A stretch of DNA of 32,000 nt from an uncultured Actinomycetes bacterium (GCA_963843975.1 CAWJMG010000001.1:1170001-1202000), one strand, 5' to 3'. Positions 15,952 through 24,837 are shown, counted from the first letter of the stretch. Translations and numbers: made by a program. The notes: a model not told the origin generated them from the letters alone.

Positions 15952-16800
15952 TCAGGCGCGCGGGCCCAGCGCCTCGATCTCGGCCACGATCGCGTCGGCC
16001 GCCTCCCAGTTGACCGTGTGCCCCGCACCCGGCACGCGGACGAGCCGCGACCCCGCGATGCCGGCGTGGAGGTCGTCGGTGTGGAACGGCGGGGTGGTCT
16101 TGTCCTTCGACCCGACGAGGATCGTGCAGGGCAGCGAGATGCGGGCGAGGTCCGGGTAGCGGTTCTCCTGCACCATGGCCTCGAGGATCGGGATGAGGGC
16201 GCCGAGGTCCTGGGCGCGGAACATCGTCAGGAACGACTCGACCATGGCATCGGTCTTGCCGTCGCCCATGAGGGTGCGCGCGAAGGGCTTGCCGACGAAG
16301 TCGGAGGCCACGAGCTTCGGCAGGATGCCCGACCGGATCAGCGGGATCTGCAGCTTGTTCTGCGCGTTGTCCCGGTTGACGTCGCCGGCGAAGGTCGCGA
16401 CGAGCATCGCGCCGCGCAGGCGATACGCGACGACGTCCGGGTTCTCGACCAGGAAGCGGATGCCGACGAAGCCGCCCATCGAGTGCATCACGAGGACGGC
16501 GTCGGTCACGTCGTAGGCCTCGAGGACGGCGACGTAGTCGCCCGCCATCTGCTTGCTGCCCACGCCGTCCGACCCGATGGTCGTGCGGCCGTGGCCTCGT
16601 TGGTCGAACGCGACCACGCGGTATCCCCGTCCGACCAGGTCGGACGCGATCACGTTCCACTCGTCGGAGCTGATCGCGAAGCCGTGCGCGAGGACGACCA
16701 CCGGCCCCTCGCCCGCGCTCACGGTGTGGATGCGGGTGCCGTCCACGGTCGTCACCACGAGCACGTCACCCTCGAGGGGGGTTCGGACATCGACCGCCAT
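15952..16800 (-). CDS. Alpha/beta hydrolase fold protein
   Basis: 282 aa. Features are ..VVVLAHGF.. (HG oxyanion motif), ..VLVMHSMGGFVG.. (GxSxG-like nucleophile elbow) and a C-terminal ..GAGHTVNWE.. (catalytic His). Confidence 0.9.
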   Translation of the reverse strand: MAVDVRTPLEGDVLVVTTVDGTRIHTVSAGEGPVVVLAHGFAISSDEWNVIASDLVGRGYRVVAFDQRGHGRTTIGSDGVGSKQMAGDYVAVLEAYDVTDAVLVMHSMGGFVGIRFLVENPDVVAYRLRGAMLVATFAGDVNRDNAQNKLQIPLIRSGILPKLVASDFVGKPFARTLMGDGKTDAMVESFLTMFRAQDLGALIPILEAMVQENRYPDLARISLPCTILVGSKDKTTPPFHTDDLHAGIAGSRLVRVPGAGHTVNWEAADAIVAEIEALGPRA

Positions 16801-16849
16801 GGCGGAACGCTAGGGACGGCGCGCCCGTTCGGGAAGGGGAATCGGCGAA

Positions 16850-17056
16850 TCAGGGGCTGGGCGGCCCGGTGATGCCGAGCGCTCCGGCGACTGCGGTCGT
16901 GCAGGTCGACAGGCCGGGCTTCCCGGCGCGACCGGCTGCCGCGCCGAGGTCGTAGAGCCTGATCCGGGAGTACGCGCTGCCGTAGCCGATGATGTCCTTC
17001 ACCTTCTCGGGCGGGAACACGAAGCCCTTCTTCACCGAGTAGATGTCACCGCCGAG
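16850..17056 (-). CDS. Probable displaced C-terminal segment of the upstream Zn-peptidase lipoprotein, separated from it by a frameshift
   Basis: The frame ..LGGDIYSVKKGFVFPPEKVKDIIGYGSAYSRIRLYDLGAAAGRAGKPGLSTCTTAVAGALGITGPPSP* has strong GC3 bias but no RBS or own start context. It is continuous with the 17046..17897 ORF if one G of the GG at 17056-17057 is removed. It would add a sixth Cys to the five in the mature upstream part. Confidence 0.45.
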   Translation of the reverse strand, partial: LGGDIYSVKKGFVFPPEKVKDIIGYGSAYSRIRLYDLGAAAGRAGKPGLSTCTTAVAGALGITGPPSP

Positions 17057-17897
17057 GCTCGGCCATCGTGGCGTGGTGCGCCCAGGCGCCGATCCTCGTG
17101 TCGACCCAGGTGCCGTCGGCCGCCGTACGGCCCTGCACCCAGCCGCCCATGCAGTCCGCCGCCAGCTCGCCGATCACGGTGGCGCGGTTGGACACGTCGA
17201 AGTCCTCGCTCGCGAGGCGCTTGTCGAACCACGGCCGCTGCCCGGTGACCTCCTGCACCCAGTGGCCGAGCTCGTGCGCGACCTCGGTGGTGGTGCCGAC
17301 GAGCGGGAACCCCTTCGCCAGCGCGGCCGTCGTCGTCCCCGCGGTGGCCGCGTCGCTGGCCAGCACCTTGCGCTCCTTCGCTGCCACGACGTACTGCGTC
17401 GTCCAGTACTTCGCGGCGTTGGCGGAGACGTAGACGGTGCCGTTCTTGCCGCACCAGAACGACGCCTCGACCGCGTCGGTCTCGCTCAGGTCGATGCACG
17501 GGTTGGTCGGCGGCGAGCTGAAGATCACGATCTTCGGCGGCGTGATCCCGGTGACGCCACGGGACTCCAGCTCACGTGTCCAGGTCGCGACGTAGACCTT
17601 CACCGCGGTCGCGACGCACGCTCGCAGCGCCGCTGACGAGAATCCCTTCGGGCACGACGCGGCCTTCACCGGGCTCGCACTGGGGCTCGGGCTGACCGTC
17701 GCCGCGGCGCTCGGGGACTCCGACGGCGGCGTGCTGCTGCTCGCGGGTGCCGGAGTGGACGACGCCGTTGTGGGGGATGTTGACGGGGCGGAGCTGGTCG
17801 GGGCCGATGTCGGCTGCGCAGGCGAGGTGCACGCTGCGAGCCCGAGCGCGGCCGCGACCGCGAGCACCGCCGTACGCCGTACCCCTCGCCCGGTCAT
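17046..17897 (-). CDS. Secreted lipoprotein, putative neutral zinc metallopeptidase (HExxH)
   Basis: The signal/lipobox is MTGRGVRRTAVLAVAAALGLAAC. A long S/T/P-rich linker follows. The catalytic-looking motif is TEVAHELGHWVQ (HExxH). The ORF as given ends at 17046, but see the frameshift note. Confidence 0.75.
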   Translation of the reverse strand: MTGRGVRRTAVLAVAAALGLAACTSPAQPTSAPTSSAPSTSPTTASSTPAPASSSTPPSESPSAAATVSPSPSASPVKAASCPKGFSSAALRACVATAVKVYVATWTRELESRGVTGITPPKIVIFSSPPTNPCIDLSETDAVEASFWCGKNGTVYVSANAAKYWTTQYVVAAKERKVLASDAATAGTTTAALAKGFPLVGTTTEVAHELGHWVQEVTGQRPWFDKRLASEDFDVSNRATVIGELAADCMGGWVQGRTAADGTWVDTRIGAWAHHATMAEPRR

Positions 17898-18015
17898 GCC
17901 GCGAGGCTAGTCCGCGAGCACCCACCCTGGACCCGGGCGGCAGCAGGATTGGTCCGCGCTCCGAACGGGTACTCCCTCGTGATCGCGACCCGCGCGACGA
18001 GGAGGAGGAGCAGAC

Positions 18016-18198
18016 ATGTCCGAGGAGCAGATCATCCCCGCACCCGACGACCCGAACCCCGGGACCGAGGACGGCGTCGGCGAGCGCGTCCAGCACGGGC
18101 TCGGCAGCGACGGTGTGCAGCGCCTGGACGGCGAGTTCGGCGACCTCGAGCAGGACGCGCCGGCACTCGCTGACGACGAGAGCACCAGTTCGACCTAG
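18016..18198 (+). CDS. Small acidic hypothetical protein (60 aa)
   Basis: ATG 18016 is preceded by GAGGAGGAGGAG 5 nt upstream. Nearly all codons end in G/C. GC stem-loops follow at 18201-18223 (GGCCGCC/GGCGGCC) and 18224-18240 (ATCTTG/CAAGAT). Confidence 0.6.
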   Translation: MSEEQIIPAPDDPNPGTEDGVGERVQHGLGSDGVQRLDGEFGDLEQDAPALADDESTSST

Positions 18199-18301
18199 CA
18201 GGCCGCCGCCCGCGAGGGCGGCCATCTTGCTCTTCAAGATCGCTCCATGTAACCCTCGTGCCCGGTGCCTCGCCAGGGGGTCGGTCGAGAGGGCGGGACA
18301 G

Positions 18302-19939
18302 GTGGCGGACTCCAGCGTGCCTGCAGCTGATCCGACGCGCCGATCCGGCGGGAGCCCGGCACGGGTCGCGCTCGTCGTGATCGTGATCGGCGTCCTGTTC
18401 ACGGCCGTGACCGCCTGGGTGGCGTGGTGGTCCGACGAGCGGAACGAGCGCGACCTCCTCGAGGTGCAGACCCGGCAGGCAGCCGCCGTCATCGGGGCCC
18501 AGATCCTTGCGATCCAGGAGCCGCTCGAGACGGCGCTGCGCGTGGGGCAGGCGACCGACGGCGACCTGGCCCAGTTCCGTACGACGATGGCCCGCGCCAC
18601 GGGGCCGGGCCTCGTGTTCGTGCACGCCTCGCTCTGGGACACCTCCGGTGAGGTGCCGGTCCGGCTGGAGCAGATCGGCGTACCCGCAGTGATGGACCCG
18701 GCGTCGGCACGGGCCCGCGACTTCATCGATCACGCCCGATCGAGCGAGACCTTCGTCGTCACCAACCCCGATGCCGACTTCAGCCGGGTCGCGTACGCCG
18801 TGGGCGACGCGGCGAACCCGCGCTGGGTGATCTACGCCGAGCGGGCGATCCCAGCGGACCGCATCGCGCCCGTGCAGCGGACGGCGCCGTTCGCCGAGCT
18901 GCTCTTCGCCACCTACATCGGGGCGCAGGTGTCCGACTCGAACCTGGTCACGACCAACGTGCCCCAGGCCGATCTCCCACTCAGGGGCGAGTCCTCCGAG
19001 GTCCAGCTGCCCTTCGGCGACACCACGCTCACCTTCGTCGCCTCCGCCAAGCGCCACCTCGGCGGCGCCCTGGGTGGGCGCCTCCCCTGGATCTTCCTGC
19101 TGACCGGGCTCGTGCTCACAATCCTCACGGCGTTCGCGGCCGCCAACCTGGTGCGCTCGCGCCGTCGCGCCGAGGCCGACCGGCTCACGATCGCGGAGCT
19201 GTACGAACGCCTCGACGTCCTCTACGGCGAGCAGCGCAGCATCGCGCAGACCCTGCAGCGGGCGCTGCTGCCGGCCTTCAACCCGGAGATCCCCGGCCTC
19301 GACATCGCCTCGCGCTACGTCGCCGGCGCCGAGGGCGTCGACATCGGCGGCGACTGGTACAGCATCATCCGTCGCGGGGAGCACGAGGTCTGCTTCGTCG
19401 TCGGTGACGTGTCCGGCCGCGGCATCGACGCAGCCGCCGTCATGGCGCGCCTGCGCTTCACGATCCGCGCCTACCTGGCCGAGGGCCACAGCCCGGGCAC
19501 CGTGCTCGGCATGTGCTCGCGGCAGTTCGACATCGCCGAGGACGGCCACATCGCCACCGTGGTCGTCGGCGTCCTCGACCTCGACACGTGCGGCCTCGTG
19601 CTCGCGAGCGCCGGCCACTTCGCGCCCCTCGTGGTCGACGAGGCCGGCAAGGCGTTCTACGCGGAGATCGACCCCGGACCGCCGCTGGGCGTGCTCGTGA
19701 CTGAGTACGCCGAGACCACGCCGTCGATGGCGGTCGGGTCGACGCTCGTGGCGTTCACCGACGGGCTCGTCGAGCGCCGAGGCGAGAGTCTCGACGTCGG
19801 CCTCGAGCGGCTCGCGGAGGCGGCGTCGAGCGGCACCCCCACCGTGGAGGCGCTGCTCGACGTTCTGGTCGCCGAGCTCATGCACGACGGGTCCGAGGAC
19901 GACACGGCGCTGCTCGCGTTCCGCTGCCTCGGCAGGTAG
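18302..19939 (+). CDS. Membrane-bound PP2C-family (SpoIIE-type) serine/threonine phosphatase with an extracytoplasmic sensor domain
   Basis: GTG 18302. Two TM segments (VALVVIVIGVLFTAVTAWVAWW and LPWIFLLTGLVLTILTAFAAANLV) bracket a loop of about 210 aa. The C-terminus has ..IGGDWYSI..FVVGDVSGRGIDAAAVMA..ASAGHFAPLV..LVAFTDGLVE..DDTALLAFR, the SpoIIE/PP2C motifs. Confidence 0.85.
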   Translation: MADSSVPAADPTRRSGGSPARVALVVIVIGVLFTAVTAWVAWWSDERNERDLLEVQTRQAAAVIGAQILAIQEPLETALRVGQATDGDLAQFRTTMARATGPGLVFVHASLWDTSGEVPVRLEQIGVPAVMDPASARARDFIDHARSSETFVVTNPDADFSRVAYAVGDAANPRWVIYAERAIPADRIAPVQRTAPFAELLFATYIGAQVSDSNLVTTNVPQADLPLRGESSEVQLPFGDTTLTFVASAKRHLGGALGGRLPWIFLLTGLVLTILTAFAAANLVRSRRRAEADRLTIAELYERLDVLYGEQRSIAQTLQRALLPAFNPEIPGLDIASRYVAGAEGVDIGGDWYSIIRRGEHEVCFVVGDVSGRGIDAAAVMARLRFTIRAYLAEGHSPGTVLGMCSRQFDIAEDGHIATVVVGVLDLDTCGLVLASAGHFAPLVVDEAGKAFYAEIDPGPPLGVLVTEYAETTPSMAVGSTLVAFTDGLVERRGESLDVGLERLAEAASSGTPTVEALLDVLVAELMHDGSEDDTALLAFRCLGR

Positions 19940-19958
19940 TCGCTGGTCGTCCGCCCGG

Positions 19959-20465
19959 TCAGGTGCTGCGCCCAGGCACGGAGACGTCGCCGGAGCTGCC
20001 GGTCATGCCCTCGCGCGTGACCGCGGCCTTCGCCAGCGAGATGAGGCGGCCGACGCCGGTGGACGGGCCGTCCCACCACTCGCCGGCCTCGACCTGCACC
20101 TCGAGCACGCAGAGGTCCGGGTCGTCCGGACCCTCGAAGAACGCCTTGGCCAGCGGTGTCCAGAGCATCTCGACGCGTGCCCGGTTCCCGTTGACGTGCG
20201 CGCGGGCGCGCAGCGACAGGTACTTGGTACGACCCGGGTCGGAGTAGGCGACCCCGACGACGACGCCGTCGGCAGGCAGCGCCTCCGCGAGCGTGTGGAC
20301 CCAGTCCGACGCGCCCGACACGAGGAAGGCCAGGTGACCTGCGCTCACCTCCGCCACCGTGACAGGCCGAGCGAGCATCCCGTCCGACGCGGTGGTCAGC
20401 ATCAGGACGTCGCCATCGGACACGAGCTCGTCGAGGGGCCGGACGGTCGTGGTGTCGTCGGTCAT
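19959..20465 (-). CDS. Pyridoxamine 5'-phosphate oxidase-like (general stress protein 26 type) FMN-binding split-barrel protein
   Basis: 168 aa. ..VLMLTTASDGMLARPVTV..LAFLVSGASDWV..KYLSLRARAHV..EMLWTPLAKAFFEGPDDPDLCVLEVQVEAGEWWDGP matches the PNPOx/COG3871 pattern. Confidence 0.8.
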   Translation of the reverse strand: MTDDTTTVRPLDELVSDGDVLMLTTASDGMLARPVTVAEVSAGHLAFLVSGASDWVHTLAEALPADGVVVGVAYSDPGRTKYLSLRARAHVNGNRARVEMLWTPLAKAFFEGPDDPDLCVLEVQVEAGEWWDGPSTGVGRLISLAKAAVTREGMTGSSGDVSVPGRST

Positions 20466-20617
20466 CGGACGCTCCTTCGTGGGTAGGGCAGGGACCAGGA
20501 GCCGGCCGCACGGACTCCGCGCGCTGCGGACCTGCGCACACGTCCGGCGGCCGACGGCCTGGCACCTGGGGAGTACCCGGTCCGGAGCGGCTCACACCTG
20601 GAGCGGCGAGACCGCGG

Positions 20618-20968
20618 TCAGGCGACGCCCTGGAACTCGCGCACCTCGACGTCGCCCTCGCACGCGACGGTGGCGCGCTCCGCCCAGGCGACGGCCTCGG
20701 CCTCGTCAGCCACGTCGAGCACCCAGAAGCCGGCGATGTGCTCCTTGGCCTCGAGGTACGGGCCATCGACACGCTGCAGTGCGCCGTCGCGCACGCGCAC
20801 GACGCGGGCCGTCGTGGACGCCGCGAGACCGCCGGCGAAGACGAAGACGCCGGCCTCGCGCATGGCGTCGTTGACCTCGCCCGTGGCGGCGTACGCGCGC
20901 TGCTCCGCCTCGGGGGTCGGGTAGACGGGCGTGTCGTCGCTGTGGACCGACAGCAGGAAGTACGTCAT
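20618..20968 (-). CDS. YCII-related (DGPF-type) domain protein, paralog 3
   Basis: ATG 20968 (MTYFLLSVHSDD..) has GAGGATGAG upstream; 116 aa. Features are ..MREAGVFVFAGGL..VDGPYLEAKEHIAGFWVLDVADEAEAVAWAE... Confidence 0.88.
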   Translation of the reverse strand: MTYFLLSVHSDDTPVYPTPEAEQRAYAATGEVNDAMREAGVFVFAGGLAASTTARVVRVRDGALQRVDGPYLEAKEHIAGFWVLDVADEAEAVAWAERATVACEGDVEVREFQGVA

Positions 20969-21114
20969 GGGCTCATCCTCGCTCGGCGACCGGTGGTTCC
21001 GGCCTCTCATCGACTGCACGATCAGGCCGGCCGCCCTTCGACATTTCCGTCTGGGTTGCCGCAGGACGTTCGTGCAGCAGACTGGGCCAGCACCCTCGAC
21101 GTACAGGAGCAGGC

Positions 21115-21312
21115 ATGAGCTTCCGCGTGATCGCCGACTACGACCGCTGCAAGTCCCACGGACTGTGCATGGCGGTGGCTCCCGACGTGTTCGAGGTCCG
21201 CGCCGACGGCTACATGTACATCCTGCTCGAGACGATCGACGACTCGCGGCGCAGCGCGTGCGAGGACGCCGTCGACTCCTGCCCCGAGCAGGCCCTCTCC
21301 ATCGAAGGCTGA
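21115..21312 (+). CDS. Small single-cluster ferredoxin (3Fe-4S/4Fe-4S type)
   Basis: 65 aa. IADYDRCKSHGLCMAVAPDVFEV...EDAVDSCPEQALSIE shows the C..HG.C and CP spacing of actinomycete Fdx-type ferredoxins. Confidence 0.88.
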   Translation: MSFRVIADYDRCKSHGLCMAVAPDVFEVRADGYMYILLETIDDSRRSACEDAVDSCPEQALSIEG

Positions 21313-21349
21313 CACCCGACCGCTGATCGAGGGCGCGCTTCAGGCCGTG

Positions 21350-23101
21350 TCAGGCGACGGTGAGCAGCTTCGACACCGTCGTCCCGGCGAGGTAGCCGGT
21401 GCGGGCAGGCACGAAGACCCGGTAGCGGTAGTCGACGTTGCTGGTCGGCAGCCACGGGAAGCGGAACCTGCTCGTCGCGCTCAGCTTCATCGACTTCACG
21501 CTCGTCCACTTGCCGGAGACAAGCCGCTGCAAGAACACCGTCTGACCGGCAGAGGACGGCGACACCGATCCAGCGAAGACGACGGTCTGGGTGCGGGTCG
21601 CGGTGGAGTCGCTCAGCGCGAACGTCACGCGCGGGCGAACCGACACCCGCACGGAAACGGTCGATCGCCCCATGAGCCCGGGCCCTCCAGCGAACCGAGC
21701 GACGTACGCGGTGCCGATGGTCGGCTTCACCGTGAGGCTGTAGGCGCCGGACACGGTGGTCGTCGCGGTGCCTACGACGGAGTACGTCGCCGCTCTGGTC
21801 TTCTTGGCCAGGACCGTGACCGTACGGGTGCCCAGCGCGGCGTTGGCGAGCGTGGTCAGCTGACCTGTCACCTTGACGGTCGAGCCGTAGGTGATCGATG
21901 TCGCCGACGCCCCGATCGTGAGATAGGAGCCCTGCACTGAGACCGTCGTCGGCTGTCCCACGCCGACCGCGTTGACCGCCGTGATCTCGAAGCTGTAGTT
22001 CACGCCGGGAAACAGGCCGGGAACCGAGGTGGAGCGAGCCGAAGCGCCGAGATCGAGCACGGCACCCCCGGGTATCACCGTGACCCGGTAGCCCGTGATG
22101 GGTGAGCCGCCATCGCTCGCCGGCGCGGTCCAGGAGACCGTTGCGCTCGTCGCCGCACCGACGGCCGCGGCGCTCGCCGGTGCCGGGGGCGCGGTCGGCT
22201 GTGTGGCGTCGATCGAGGCCGAGCCGCCGCTGGTGGCGTTGGCGGCCACCTGGAACACCACACCGGTCGCGGAGGGATCGGCGTAGCTGCTGCCTCCACC
22301 ACCGCCGCCGCCGATGGTCTTGGCGATCGGGTTGCCGCTCGCGTCGGTGCAGCCGCCCGGGCTGCCGATGATCGAGCTGCGCGTGCCGCCTCCGCCGCCT
22401 CCGCCGTACCAGCCGTCGCCTCCCGCGCCGCCCTGGCTGCAGGGCGCGACCGCCGTGCCGGAGCCGCCGCCCAGGCCGCCGTGGCCGAACGTGCCCGGCG
22501 CACCGGACCCACCGGCGCCGCAGGTGCCCCCGGCCGCGCCGGGCCCGCCCAGCTGCCCGCCGCCCCCGGGGTGGCCGGCCTGGAACGAGCACAGCGCGGG
22601 GTCGAGGCCGGTGCCCGGCAGCCCCGCGGGAGAACCGCCGTCGCCGCCCACCCCTGGGCCGTCGCGCAGGCCGGTGCAGTTGCCGATCGCGTTCAGGCCT
22701 GCGAAGTCGGCGGGCGAGCCGCCTCCTCCCGCCACGAGCAGGCGGTCCGCCAGCGTGTACGGCGCGCGACGGATGTCGCTGGAGTTGCCGCTGGCGCTCT
22801 GCGCGAAGTAGTTGCCCACGTTGTACTCGAGCGTCTCGCCCGGTGTGACCGGAATCCTGGCGCTCACCGCTCCTCCGCGCCCGGCCGTGCTGCCGCAGCC
22901 CGGCTCCAGGCCGGCAGCAGCGACGAGCAGCACGCGAATCGACGTGACGCCCGCCGGCACGACGTAGATCCCGGGCGCGGCCAGCGACGGCCTGTCGATC
23001 CGGACAGCCTGCGCCGCAGGCGGAGCCGCGAACAGCGCCGCAGCGACGAGAGCGGGGGTCGCGAGCCACGCGACGGCTGCACGAGCGGATGAGCGGACCA
23101 T
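21350..23101 (-). CDS. Secreted glycine-rich-domain protein with FN3 and Ig-like beta modules
   Basis: The signal peptide is MVRSSARAAVAWLATPALVAAALFAAPPAAQA. It is followed by YVVPAGVTSIRVLLVAAAG..GGAVSARIPVTPGETLEYNVG and then multiple poly-Gly runs with 6 Cys. FN3 is seen at ..ATVSWTAPASDGGSPITGYRVTV..YSFEITAVNAVGVG. Two beta-rich repeats follow at the C-terminus. 583 aa. Confidence 0.8.
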   Translation of the reverse strand: MVRSSARAAVAWLATPALVAAALFAAPPAAQAVRIDRPSLAAPGIYVVPAGVTSIRVLLVAAAGLEPGCGSTAGRGGAVSARIPVTPGETLEYNVGNYFAQSASGNSSDIRRAPYTLADRLLVAGGGGSPADFAGLNAIGNCTGLRDGPGVGGDGGSPAGLPGTGLDPALCSFQAGHPGGGGQLGGPGAAGGTCGAGGSGAPGTFGHGGLGGGSGTAVAPCSQGGAGGDGWYGGGGGGGTRSSIIGSPGGCTDASGNPIAKTIGGGGGGGSSYADPSATGVVFQVAANATSGGSASIDATQPTAPPAPASAAAVGAATSATVSWTAPASDGGSPITGYRVTVIPGGAVLDLGASARSTSVPGLFPGVNYSFEITAVNAVGVGQPTTVSVQGSYLTIGASATSITYGSTVKVTGQLTTLANAALGTRTVTVLAKKTRAATYSVVGTATTTVSGAYSLTVKPTIGTAYVARFAGGPGLMGRSTVSVRVSVRPRVTFALSDSTATRTQTVVFAGSVSPSSAGQTVFLQRLVSGKWTSVKSMKLSATSRFRFPWLPTSNVDYRYRVFVPARTGYLAGTTVSKLLTVA

Positions 23102-23449
23102 GGCCGACGGTCACCATTCGTTCGAAGGTGGAGGCAGCCCCCGGCCCCGCAGTCGGGACCGACGAAGGGTCGACCCGCTGTTCGAGTGTGATCGCCGGTA
23201 GATGAACGGTCAATGGATCCGACGGTGCAGGCACTACGACGCAGCCGAACTCCTCCGCCGGGTGGTCGCCCGCGGCGACGAGCGCCGCGACGGCGGGAGG
23301 CAGGCCCGGCATCGCGCTCTCCCTACTGCCGCCGCGCCCGCAGGTCCACCTGACCGCGACGCACCTCTTCTCGGGCCTTCGCCGACCAGCTCTTCACTCT
23401 CGTCGCGTTCGGTGTCAACCTGGGACCGCCCTCGGCGCGAGTAGGGACC

Positions 23450-24013
23450 ATGAGCGAGGCAGCAGCCCGGTCGACCCGTGCCTGGGGCGACCGCAGTCCC
23501 GGCGGGGAGATCGTCGACCTCGGTGGCACCGAGGCTTTCGACACCTTCTACGTGCGTGAACTGCCTGTGCTGGTGGCGCTGGCGCGAGCCCTCACCGGTT
23601 CGTCGGCGGCAGCCGAGGACGTGGCGCAGGACGCCATGATCGCTGCCTACCGTCGATGGGCCGACGTAGCAGGACTCGACGTGCCCGCCGCGTGGGTTCG
23701 CCGCGTCTGCGTCAACCGGGCGACCTCGCACCTGCGTCGACGCTCCTCGGAGGCGCGCGCTGTGCTGCGGCTGAGCAGCGTGCGCGAGAGGGACTCCGAG
23801 CCCGAACCGGTCGACGCCGAATTCTGGGCCGCGGTACGCCGCTTGCCGCGGCGTCAGGCGCAGGCCATCGCCCTGCACTACCTGTACGACATGTCCGTCA
23901 ACGACATCGCGCTGACGCTGGGTTGCTCGTCGAGCTCGGTCAAGGCGCACCTGGTCCGAGGCCGCACCGCTCTCGCGCGGACGCTGGACCTCCCCCACGA
24001 GGAGCAGCCATGA
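23450..24013 (+). CDS. ECF (SigE-family, actinobacterial type) RNA polymerase sigma factor
   Basis: 187 aa. Features are ..FDTFYVRELPVLVALARALTGSSAAAEDVAQDAMIAAYRRW.. (region 2) and ..LPRRQAQAIALHYLYDMSVNDIALTLGCSSSSVKAHLVRGRTAL.. (region 4 HTH). Confidence 0.9.
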   Translation: MSEAAARSTRAWGDRSPGGEIVDLGGTEAFDTFYVRELPVLVALARALTGSSAAAEDVAQDAMIAAYRRWADVAGLDVPAAWVRRVCVNRATSHLRRRSSEARAVLRLSSVRERDSEPEPVDAEFWAAVRRLPRRQAQAIALHYLYDMSVNDIALTLGCSSSSVKAHLVRGRTALARTLDLPHEEQP

Positions 24014-24822
24014 GTCTCGACGCCCGAGCGCGGCAGGCATCGGCCTCCCTTCGTCATGCAACGAACGAGTCCCTGGAGGTTCACACCATGCTTCGCGAGC
24101 TGCATACCGCCGAGGGCCCAGACACATCCCGACGGCAGCGCGCTGGGGCTGGTCTTCTCGTCGCCGCGGTCGTCATCGGCATCATCGTCATCGGCGTGAT
24201 GGCTCTTCGCCCCGGCACCACCGCGGCACCCCCCGTTGCACCAGGCCAGCCGACCGTGTCACCGACACCGACCCCAACCGTCGACCGGCAGAACTACGCA
24301 TTCCCAGCCGCGCTCTCCGCAGCCGTACCGGCGTCCTGGGACAAGCGCGTGTACAGCGGTGGCGTCGACTTCCAGTCGCCCGACGGACCGGGGATCACGC
24401 TCAACGCCGACCCGAGCCCCTTCGGTGCCGGCAAGCCGAAGGACCTCACCGCCGAGTCGTTCGCCCAGTGGCTGGCCTCGCGCCCCTACCTGGAGAGCAC
24501 GCAGGTGGTCGCGACCAGGGTCTCGAGCTATCCCGCCTGGCAGGTCGACGTGCGGCTGCGCGACTCCGCCAGTGCCACGTCGGTGTGTCAGCCCTCCATC
24601 CCCGACTGCATCAAGATGATCAAGATGCCGTTCACCGACCTGCCGACGGGCATCTCGCACGGCCAGGTCGGGCGCATGATCTTCGTCCAGTACCCCGCCG
24701 GCCGGATCGTCTGGGTCTACGAGTGGGACGGCGGCGGGGCCACGGCGGACAGCCTGACCGGCGTGCTCGGCGTCCTCGAGCCGGTCTTCGACTCGATCGA
24801 GCTGGGGCCGATGACCGGCTGA
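24010..24822 (+). CDS. Single-pass membrane protein translationally coupled to the ECF sigma factor (putative anti-sigma/partner)
   Basis: ATG 24010 overlaps the sigma stop (ATGA). There is one TM (GLLVAAVVIGIIVIGVMAL), then a P/T-rich linker and an extracytoplasmic domain of about 190 aa. No zinc-binding anti-sigma motif is seen. Confidence 0.7.
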   Translation: MSLDARARQASASLRHATNESLEVHTMLRELHTAEGPDTSRRQRAGAGLLVAAVVIGIIVIGVMALRPGTTAAPPVAPGQPTVSPTPTPTVDRQNYAFPAALSAAVPASWDKRVYSGGVDFQSPDGPGITLNADPSPFGAGKPKDLTAESFAQWLASRPYLESTQVVATRVSSYPAWQVDVRLRDSASATSVCQPSIPDCIKMIKMPFTDLPTGISHGQVGRMIFVQYPAGRIVWVYEWDGGGATADSLTGVLGVLEPVFDSIELGPMTG

Positions 24823-24837
24823 GCGGACCATTGCGGA

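Noticed and set aside
18235-18243. CAAGATCGC downstream of the small acidic ORF, matching the first 9 nt of the family-1 repeat head
   Set aside because: Only a 9-mer matches and the rest of the repeat is absent, so this is probably chance.
23161-23183. An ECF-like promoter GAAC-N15-CGTC on the minus strand, about 60-80 nt upstream of the glycine-rich protein gene
   Set aside because: The spacer is about 2 nt shorter than typical ECF promoters and the motif is short. I cannot distinguish it from chance in GC-rich DNA without comparative data.
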